Below are positions 1 to 6,707 of a DNA stretch of 25,217 bases, piece by piece. The first letter of the stretch is position 1; each line of letters starts with the position of its first letter. The position numbers and the translations under genes were made by a program. Source of the stretch: an uncultured Dehalococcoidia bacterium (GTDB taxonomy: Bacteria; Chloroflexota; Dehalococcoidia; DSTF01; JACRBR01). Under the pieces are notes generated by a model that did not search any database, was not told the origin of the DNA, and saw only the letters and a list, made by a program, of their open reading frames with translations. Where the stretch lies: contig CAZAPT010000040.1 of the NCBI GenBank assembly GCA_964487335.1, positions 1 through 25,217 of the forward strand. The letters run 5' to 3'.

Positions 1-2528
1 CAGTTCGACCCGATCGAATTGAGCTGGACGATCACGTCGCCGATGCTCACCGCACCGTTCGGCGGCCCGGTCTGCCAGGGCTTGCTCGGATCGGCGCTCG
101 CGGTGCGGTCGTACTGCCGTCCCACGGCGTCGTCCGGCCCGATGCTCCCGTCTGTGCCCATCGTGCCGCTCGACGTATCGAACCAGTCACCGTCCTTCGT
201 GCTGTCGTAGGTCACCCCGCTTGCGTTGGGCGTGCCCGCGTCGCCAGCGTGCGTGCCGACGTAGAACAGCGTCCCTATCGCGTCTCCGAGCGTTATCGAG
301 TGGTTGCGCGTCCCGTTCGGTGAAGGATCAGCGGCTACCGGCAGCGGGACGTCGTAGAAGTCCCACGCGCTCAGCGGGTCGCGCTCACCGCCGGTGTGCC
401 AGTCGGCACCGAGCTCGCGCGCGTCCGGGCAGCCGTCGCCGTCGCTGTCGAGCGTCGGATCGATCGTCGCCGTCGCGGTGGGCGTGGAGGTCGCCGTGTC
501 CGACGCGAGCGGCGATGGCGTGCTGGTCGGCGTGTCGGTCGCGGTTGGCACCGGAGTATCGGTCGCCGCCGGTGTGCTGGTATCGGTCGCGGTTGCCGTG
601 GCGGAGCTGCTCGCCGTCGGCGTCGGCGTATGGGTCGACGTCGGCACCGGCGTGTTCGTGACGCTCGGCTGCGGTGTGTTCGTCGCACTCGGCGCTGGTG
701 TGTTGGTCGAGGTCGGCTGCTGTGTGTTCGTCGCGCTCGGTTGCGGCGTGTTCGTCGGCGTCCGCGTGCTCGTCGGCGTGGCCGTGCTCGTGCTCGTTGC
801 TGTCGCGGTGCGAGTGTTCGTCGGCGTCGCGGTGCGCGTGCTAGTCCCCGTCGCGGTCGCGGTCGCGGTACGCGTCGGCGTTGGCGTCAGTGTGGCTGTG
901 GGAAGCGACGTATTCGTCGCCGTCGGGCTGGGTGTTGCGATGGGCGAGCACGTCGGGAACGCTGCCGATGCCACCCACGTCCCCCATAGCGAGCCAGTGC
1001 GCGCGTACTCTTCGAAGTGCCACAGCGTGCATCCGTCGGGGTCGAGCGTCGCGCCGGCATAGTCCCCGTATCGCGCGCCGCTTACGGTCGTCTGCCCGGC
1101 CTTGAACAACGCCTCTGCGCCCAGCGTTCCCGCCGGATCCCCGGGCGCGCGTCCCGCATATCGGATGCCGGCGTAGTCGCTGCTCGATGAATACGCGTAC
1201 GCCAGCATCATGTTGCCGGCCGAGTCCACACTCAGGTTCGGATAGAAGCGGTACTGGCCGTCCGCCGCGTCCACTCCCTGCTGCAATAGCGTGGGTGCGC
1301 CGCTGACATTCCCGAGCTGATACCACTGCACGCCGGCGATGGTTCCGGCCCCCGGGTTGTATGCGATCGCGTGTGTCCCATAGACCGTGCCGCCGTACCA
1401 GTACGCGCCAAGGTTGCCGGCATCGTTCGTGGTGATGACCCCGCCCGCGCCGTGGCCTCCCCGTTGGGCAGCGTTCGGCGGCTGGTCATACGACGTGACC
1501 GTCACTCCTCCCTGCAGCACGAATGAGGAGCTGCTGAACGGGTTCGTCCACTTCCACAGGCTGACGTTCGAACACGGGCACAGGCTGTTGTCCGCGGAGA
1601 TGAAGTACGCCGTGTTGCTCGTCCCCACCGCGCGCGCCGGCGTCAGCGTGTCCGCCAGCTTCCCTGCGGCGTTGTTCCCGACGTCGTAGAAAAGTGAATC
1701 CGCGTTTTGGCCCGCGTACATCTGCGACTTGTTGTACGCGTACACCCGCGCGCCGACGAACGTCTTCCCGTCCTGGTACTGGTTGACGGTGAGGTAGATC
1801 GCGTCCGATCCGATCGCCGCGTGCGGAAAGTCGAGCAGGTCCTTCGCGACGTCGCCAGGGAACGCGTAGACGTTCCACGAGCCGGTGGGGTCGCCAGTCT
1901 GGCTCACCGCGATGCAGATGCTCGAATTGTTCGAGGTGTCGTAGGTGAGCGACCCCACCATGAAGCGCCCGGCAGCGCCGTCGTACTCCGCGATGGGATC
2001 GGAGATGCCGCTGTAGCAGCCCGCGTTCGTGAGCAGGCTCGCGAGGCTCTTCGGGTACCCGGCGGCCAGCGCGCCGCTCTTGCTCCAGACGCTGAACGCA
2101 GTATTCACCGCCGCGACGACGTGCGATGGGCCCGCCGCCACCGCGCCGTCCGGCGGATAGCATCCGCAGAAGCTCTGCGCGCTGGCGATGCCGTCGAAGC
2201 CGGTGCCGGCCGTCGGCGCCGCTACGGCCGGCGATGCGGCTCCGGCGGGCGCCTCGTTAGCGAGCGGCGTGGCGGAGGACTTGGAGTGAGCGAGCACGTA
2301 GTCGCCTTCGGGGTGGTGGAAGGCTTTGGCCGCGCCTTGCGGGACGTGACCCGCAGGCACGGATCGGAGGTCGATGCTCTGCGGCGCCGCCGCCGCCCCG
2401 GCGAACGGCCCGCGAATGCCCGAGTCCTGCGCTCGGACGACATGCCGCTCGGGAAGCACGGTAACTAGGAGTAGCGCCAGAGCCAGCATCGCGGCCGCGC
2501 CGCCACCCAGCTTCCACCACTTCACCAT
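1..2528 (-). CDS. Secreted multidomain protein, partial (C-terminus runs off the window start). It has a signal peptide (MVKWWKLGGGAAAMLALALLLVTVLP), an N-terminal domain of about 480 aa with unknown fold, a Thr/Pro-rich linker of about 170 aa, and a C-terminal module starting DPTLDSDGDGCPDARELG.
   Basis: Manual translation of the minus strand from ATG 2528 in the frame where coding positions are 2 mod 3. The frame stays open with no stop down to position 1, and the ORF track omits it because it lacks an in-window stop. AAAGG Shine-Dalgarno 7 nt upstream of the ATG. Sequence features: signal peptide; Cys-containing globular region with an Asp-box-like SQTGDPTGSW; PT/TPT linker; DxDxDG-type acidic motif. 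The antisense (+) track ORFs 394..1062, 396..989 and 1707..2468 are low-complexity or Arg-rich artefacts of this gene. Confidence 0.7.
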   Translation of the reverse strand, partial: MVKWWKLGGGAAAMLALALLLVTVLPERHVVRAQDSGIRGPFAGAAAAPQSIDLRSVPAGHVPQGAAKAFHHPEGDYVLAHSKSSATPLANEAPAGAASPAVAAPTAGTGFDGIASAQSFCGCYPPDGAVAAGPSHVVAAVNTAFSVWSKSGALAAGYPKSLASLLTNAGCYSGISDPIAEYDGAAGRFMVGSLTYDTSNNSSICIAVSQTGDPTGSWNVYAFPGDVAKDLLDFPHAAIGSDAIYLTVNQYQDGKTFVGARVYAYNKSQMYAGQNADSLFYDVGNNAAGKLADTLTPARAVGTSNTAYFISADNSLCPCSNVSLWKWTNPFSSSSFVLQGGVTVTSYDQPPNAAQRGGHGAGGVITTNDAGNLGAYWYGGTVYGTHAIAYNPGAGTIAGVQWYQLGNVSGAPTLLQQGVDAADGQYRFYPNLSVDSAGNMMLAYAYSSSSDYAGIRYAGRAPGDPAGTLGAEALFKAGQTTVSGARYGDYAGATLDPDGCTLWHFEEYARTGSLWGTWVASAAFPTCSPIATPSPTATNTSLPTATLTPTPTRTATATATGTSTRTATPTNTRTATATSTSTATPTSTRTPTNTPQPSATNTQQPTSTNTPAPSATNTPQPSVTNTPVPTSTHTPTPTASSSATATATDTSTPAATDTPVPTATDTPTSTPSPLASDTATSTPTATATIDPTLDSDGDGCPDARELGADWHTGGERDPLSAWDFYDVPLPVAADPSPNGTRNHSITLGDAIGTLFYVGTHAGDAGTPNASGVTYDSTKDGDWFDTSSGTMGTDGSIGPDDAVGRQYDRTASADPSKPWQTGPPNGAVSIGDVIVQLNSIGSN
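430..960. repeat. Low-complexity, imperfect tandem DNA repeats encoding the Thr/Pro/Ala-rich linker of the secreted protein (e.g. recurring gtgttcgtcgcRctcggYKgcgg units).
   Basis: Visible periodic repeats in the sequence around 660-760 and 780-900. The minus-strand translation gives TPTxT / NTPxPS repeats. Confidence 0.6.
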
Positions 2529-2722
2529 CCGCAGACCTTTCGCACGCGCAATTCGCCCCTGACTACAACGCGGGCGGCACCCGCGGGATAACGACTTCTA
2601 TGGCTGGCGGGGAGAAGACGCGGGAGATCGGGCGGGCGGCGCCTCGGCGCCTCCCTAGCGTCCGTGAACCGAATTGGGAGTGGATGAGAGATGCAACCCG
2701 GCGCCGACCGGCACCGCGGAAA

Positions 2723-3043
2723 CTACTGCAGCCCCGGTATCCCTCCGATGCCCAGACTCCCTGCCAGCCCCGCGAGCTGCCCCATCTGCATGCCCTGCAC
2801 CTTCTGCAGTGCCTCGTTCAGCGCCGCCGTCAGCAGGTCTTCCAGCATCTCGATGTCGTCCGGGTCGACGACTTCCTTGTCGATCTTCATCGAGTCGACC
2901 TTCATGCCGCCGGTGAGCACGACGTGCACCGCGCCGCCCCCTGAGGACCCCTCCGCCTTCTGTGCCGCAAGGTCCGCCTGCGCCTTGGCGAGCCGCTCCT
3001 GCATCTGCGCCAGCTTCGCCATCATGTCGCGGTTCATCGCCAT
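2723..3043 (-). CDS. ybaB: YbaB/EbfC family nucleoid-associated DNA-binding protein
   Basis: The 106-aa product MAMNRDMMAKLAQMQERLAKAQ...GSSGGGAVHVVLTGGMKVDSMKIDKEVVDPDDIEMLEDLLTAALNEA is a textbook YbaB (DUF149). GGAG Shine-Dalgarno upstream. Its start lies 4 nt after the dnaX stop, the conserved dnaX-ybaB arrangement. Confidence 0.92.
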   Translation of the reverse strand: MAMNRDMMAKLAQMQERLAKAQADLAAQKAEGSSGGGAVHVVLTGGMKVDSMKIDKEVVDPDDIEMLEDLLTAALNEALQKVQGMQMGQLAGLAGSLGIGGIPGLQ

Positions 3044-3046
3044 GGC

Positions 3047-4810
3047 TTACGACTCCTGTTCTTCCGACACGATCTTCGCGCCGTGGTTCTCGACGGCATG
3101 CTGCACCAGCGGGCTCATCGTCTTCGGCGGCCGCGGCGCGACGGTGCACCGGATTGACACCGGCCCGCTGAGGATCTCCGTCGCCACCGCTTCGTAGATC
3201 TTCCTGTTCGATGAGTCCTCGACGGTCTGCTTGTGGAAGGCGTCCTGGTAGAACCCGAGGGTCAGCACGCCGTCCTGCCATGACAGCACGCGGCACGAGC
3301 CATTCAGCACCGCACCCAGCTTGTTGTTGCGCTTCCGCACACCCGCCGCGAGCTGGTCGACAAGCGTCTCGAGCCCCGCGGGAGCGTTGGGATCAGCCTT
3401 CGGCGCAGCGGCCCCGGCTCCGTTCTTCTCGCCGTTCGCGTTCCCGCCGCTGCGCTCACCGTTGGCCGAAGCCGGCGGGATCACCGGCGCCGTGCTGCCC
3501 AGCGACCGTGCGATGTCCTCCGCCGACGCCTTCGCCAGATCGGGCTTGCGGGCGGGCACCTGCCGTCCCTGCGGCGGCGCCGGTCGAGGCGTCGTACGCT
3601 GCATCGGTGGCGCTGGTCGATTGTCGAATTGCGGCGCGCGCGTGGGCGGCGCCGGTCGCGCCATCGGCGCTGCGGGCCTCGGTGCGTCAGCGCGGGGAGC
3701 AGGCGCCACCGCCGGCGCGATCGTCGATTCCGCCAGCGCCAGCTCCAGAGGCAGCGGGGATAGCGGGTCCTGCCGGAGGTCCGCTTCACTGAACAACCGA
3801 AGCACCTGCACCATCTTGTCGCGCGCGACGCCTTCGATGGACCGCCGCATCTCGGCGATCTGCTCCGGCGTCCACGTCCCCGCCGCCTCGGCTCCCGTCT
3901 CGACGATGAGGAACTCACGCAGCCGCGCGATCACTTCCTTCTGGAACTGCCGCAGGTCGATGCCGTCGTCTCGCACCGTCCCGATGGTCTGCAGGCCCTC
4001 TGGCAGCATCCCCCGCAGCGCCTGTACCGCCAGCGTGTCGGCGCGCTCGTCGGCCACCAGCCCGAGCCCCTCGCGCACCGCCTCGATCGACACCTCGGTG
4101 CCGTACGAGTCGCGGATCTGGTCGAGCAGGTTGATCGCGTCGCGAAGGCTCCCGGTCGAGGCCCGGGCGATGAGGTCCAGCGCCTCGCGCGGCACGTCGA
4201 TCTTCTCTTCGGCCGCGATGTACGCCAACCGCGCGACGATCGCGGAGTGCGGGATGCGCTTGAAGTCCGCCCGCTGGCATCGCGACACGATGGTCGCCGG
4301 CACCTTGTGGGCGTCGGTCGTCGCGAGGATGAAGATGATGTGCGGCGGAGGCTCCTCGAGGGTTTTCAGCAGCGCGTTGAAGGCCTCGTTCGTGAGCATG
4401 TGCACCTCGTCGAAGAGGTACACCTTGTGCGCGGAGGCTCCCGCCATCGGCGCGTAGTTCGTGTTCTCCCGCAGCTTCCGCACCTCGTCGATGCCGCGGT
4501 TGCTCGCCGCGTCCAGCTCGATGAGGTCCAGCGCGCGCCCCTCGTTGTAGGCCACGCACGAGGCGCACTCGTTGCACGGCTCGCCGGGGCTATCGGTCGC
4601 GTCCGGGGCGTTCTTCTCGCAGTTGATCGCCTTCGCCAGCAGCCGCGCGGTCGTCGTCTTTCCCGTGCCGCGCGGGCCGGAGAACAGGTACGCGTGCGAC
4701 ACCTTGTGCATCGCCAGCGCGTTGATCAGCGTGCGCGTGATGATGGGCTGCCCCGACACGTCGGCGAAGCGCTGCGGGCGCCATTTTCGATAGAGCACTT
4801 CGGACGGCAT
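3047..4810 (-). CDS. dnaX: DNA polymerase III subunit tau/gamma (clamp loader), full-length tau form with a Pro/Ala-rich middle region
   Basis: N-terminus LYRKWRPQRFADVSGQ, Walker A GPRGTGKTTTARLLAK, zinc module CNECASC, SRC motif TIVSRCQ. The start is chosen at ATG 4810 (MPSEV...) with GGAG 6-9 nt upstream. The track start at ATG 4828 adds 6 aa with no ribosome-binding site. Stop TAA at 3047-3049. Confidence 0.9.
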   Translation of the reverse strand: MPSEVLYRKWRPQRFADVSGQPIITRTLINALAMHKVSHAYLFSGPRGTGKTTTARLLAKAINCEKNAPDATDSPGEPCNECASCVAYNEGRALDLIELDAASNRGIDEVRKLRENTNYAPMAGASAHKVYLFDEVHMLTNEAFNALLKTLEEPPPHIIFILATTDAHKVPATIVSRCQRADFKRIPHSAIVARLAYIAAEEKIDVPREALDLIARASTGSLRDAINLLDQIRDSYGTEVSIEAVREGLGLVADERADTLAVQALRGMLPEGLQTIGTVRDDGIDLRQFQKEVIARLREFLIVETGAEAAGTWTPEQIAEMRRSIEGVARDKMVQVLRLFSEADLRQDPLSPLPLELALAESTIAPAVAPAPRADAPRPAAPMARPAPPTRAPQFDNRPAPPMQRTTPRPAPPQGRQVPARKPDLAKASAEDIARSLGSTAPVIPPASANGERSGGNANGEKNGAGAAAPKADPNAPAGLETLVDQLAAGVRKRNNKLGAVLNGSCRVLSWQDGVLTLGFYQDAFHKQTVEDSSNRKIYEAVATEILSGPVSIRCTVAPRPPKTMSPLVQHAVENHGAKIVSEEQES

Positions 4811-4848
4811 GCGGGCTCCGCCGGTCATACGTTCTGGTGGGACGCTGC

Positions 4849-4854
4849 ATTATA
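4849..4854 (-). promoter_or_regulatory. Candidate -10 element (perfect TATAAT on the minus strand) about 40 nt upstream of the dnaX start; the -35 is poor.
   Basis: attata on + at 4849-4854 gives TATAAT on the minus strand. The upstream hexamers at 16-18 bp spacing (gctgtg / tgctgt) match TTGACA poorly. Confidence 0.3.
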
Positions 4855-4939
4855 GGACAGCCCTCCCTGAGCACAGCAGAGCCGTCCGTACGTCGAGGAG
4901 AGACCATCCCGCTCGCTAAGAACGAGGTTCGTTGAGGAT

Positions 4940-4975
4940 CCCCCCTTTCCCCTTGTTGGAGAGGGGCCAGGGGGT
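4940..4975 (-). terminator. GC-rich imperfect hairpin (CCCCCCTTTCCCC ... GGGGCCAGGGGG) in the 235-bp gap between the HD-GYP gene end and dnaX. Possible U-tract-less terminator or structured RNA.
   Basis: Pairing 4941-4945/4970-4974 and 4949-4952/4963-4966 with a 10-nt loop. There is no U-run on either strand, so it is not a canonical intrinsic terminator. Confidence 0.3.
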
Positions 4976-5044
4976 GAGGCTACAGAACGTCTCGAACTTA
5001 GAATGCGTCCGTAGTAATCGGATGCTGAGTTTGGTGGCGACGGC

Positions 5045-6538
5045 CTACGCCGCGATGCGCTGCTCCGCCCCAAACCATCCGACCAGCGCATCGACACAGC
5101 GCGCGTCGAGCTCGCGTCCTGCCACCCGCCGCAGCTCCGCCAGCGCCGCATCGTGGCTCAGTGTCTCGCGATACGGCCGCGCTGACGTCATCGCGTCGTA
5201 GGTGTCCGCGACGGCGATGATCCGCGCCAGCAGCGGGATCTGCTCGCCCTGCAGTCCGTCCGGATAGCCGCTGCCGTCGAGTCGTTCATGATGCGCCCGG
5301 ATGACGGAAGCGACGTCCCGCAGCGCATCCACCCGCTCGGCGATCTCGTGCCCGCGCGCGGCATGCTGCCGCACGATGGCGAACTCCTCATCGGTCAGCC
5401 GCGCCGGCTTTCGAAGGATCCCGTCCGGCACTCCGATCTTCCCGACGTCGTGCATCTCCGCCGCCAGCACGAGCGACCGCAGCTCGCCCGGCTTCAGGTG
5501 CAGCGCCTTGCCGATCGCCATCGCGTACGACGCGACGCGGCTCACGTGGCCGAGCGTCGCAACATCCTTCGCTTCAATCGCGTCCACCAGCTCGAGGATG
5601 TGCGCCTCGCGGCCACGGTTCAGCTGTGCCAGCGCATCCCGCATCGACAGGGCGTCTGAGATTGCCCGCAGCGATCCCGCGCGCCGCGCCTCGATGCCCC
5701 AGCCTGCGAACAGCACCACGAACGCGGCGGCGTACAGCGCGTGGTAGCTCCACCACGACACGCGCCACGCCGTCCCCCACAGCAGGATCGGCGGCACCTC
5801 GGCGAGGAGCAGGAGTGAAAGCACGATCGCCGCCTGCGAAGGCAGCCGCGCGAAGAAGTACGCCTGCGCGTATCGGAGTGCTGCGATCAGGAACAGCGCC
5901 GTCGCTCCGGCCGCGAGGATGTACTGGATCGTCTGGTTGTCCGTCGGCACGTTGTCCAGCCAGTGCTCGGTCTCCATGCTCAGCGCGACGAAGACTCCCA
6001 CGCAGATCGCCGCCCACGCGAAGATCATGCCGCCTGCCCGCTGGATGAAGCGCTGCACACTCTGCGGCATGTCGATCACGCCGATGGCGACGAACACCGC
6101 GCCCGCGACGGCGCTGATCCACGCCGACACCGCAACGGACTGATAGAACGAGTCGGCGATGTAGCCCGGCGTCATCAATCCATGAACCGAGAAGACGCCG
6201 GCGATCGTCATGAACGCGATCGCCAGGAACAGCAGCCGCGTCTCACGCAACGCGCGTCCCGCCACGACGAGCAGCGCACATGCACCGGCGGCGGCCAGCG
6301 CCGTCCCGCCGACGATCCAGAAGTGGAACCCGGCCGCCATGATCAGCGGGTCCAGGTCCGGGTTCGCGTTCGCGACCGCCAGGAACACCAGCGGCGCAGC
6401 GAGCACGGCGGCGATGCCGACGGCCAGGACGTGGTTGACTCCTCGCATAACGGTGAAGTATCGGCCGGTTTCTGGATGACTCGCGCCGAGCCCGGTCCGG
6501 ATTAGGGGAACCCGAGGGGCCGTCCGCTCCCGCGGCAC
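5045..6538 (-). CDS. HD-GYP domain c-di-GMP phosphodiesterase with an N-terminal 7-8 TM integral membrane sensor domain (7TM-HD type)
   Basis: C-terminal HD-GYP signature: HDVGKIGVP, HHERLDGSGYPDGL, ADTYDAMTSARPYR. The N-terminal 300 aa form about eight hydrophobic helices. The start is uncertain: GTG 6538 (track) or ATG 6448 (MRGVNHVLAV...), and neither has a strong Shine-Dalgarno. Confidence 0.85.
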   Translation of the reverse strand: MPRERTAPRVPLIRTGLGASHPETGRYFTVMRGVNHVLAVGIAAVLAAPLVFLAVANANPDLDPLIMAAGFHFWIVGGTALAAAGACALLVVAGRALRETRLLFLAIAFMTIAGVFSVHGLMTPGYIADSFYQSVAVSAWISAVAGAVFVAIGVIDMPQSVQRFIQRAGGMIFAWAAICVGVFVALSMETEHWLDNVPTDNQTIQYILAAGATALFLIAALRYAQAYFFARLPSQAAIVLSLLLLAEVPPILLWGTAWRVSWWSYHALYAAAFVVLFAGWGIEARRAGSLRAISDALSMRDALAQLNRGREAHILELVDAIEAKDVATLGHVSRVASYAMAIGKALHLKPGELRSLVLAAEMHDVGKIGVPDGILRKPARLTDEEFAIVRQHAARGHEIAERVDALRDVASVIRAHHERLDGSGYPDGLQGEQIPLLARIIAVADTYDAMTSARPYRETLSHDAALAELRRVAGRELDARCVDALVGWFGAEQRIAA

Positions 6539-6707
6539 TAAGGGATTGCCGTCGAAACCTACGTTTGCGCCGCCCCGCTGCCGCCGTTCGGGCCCGAGAG
6601 CGCCTGCCGATTGGCCATCAGCAGTTGCGCGACGAGCGCGGCGAAGATCCCACCGCTCCCGCCGTCGCCCGTGCCGCCGGCCCCGACCAGGATGTCCGGC
6701 GTGATCT

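Noticed and set aside
394-1062. Long + strand ORFs (394..1062 VAVAVGV-rich; 396..989 and 221..661 Arg-rich) at the window start
   Set aside because: They are antisense or off-frame readings of the PT-linker region of the real minus-strand gene. Low-complexity, Arg/Val-rich translations are typical of non-coding frames in high-GC DNA.
1486-2520. Track minus ORFs 1486..2163, 2257..2520 and + ORF 1707..2468
   Set aside because: They are shifted frames of the genuine 1..2528 gene; the real frame has no in-window stop and was therefore absent from the track. Their translations are Arg-rich with no motifs.
3047-4810. Programmed ribosomal frameshift site in dnaX
   Set aside because: No A-rich slippery heptamer visible; reported only as a low-interest observation.
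4829-5044. SRP RNA (ffs) or a tRNA upstream of dnaX
   Set aside because: No helix-8 AGGUC..GGAA..AGCAGC motif on either strand. A GGTTCG-containing stretch (about 4925-4940) lacks a matching T-stem or acceptor pairing. Only a promoter -10 and a hairpin were retained.
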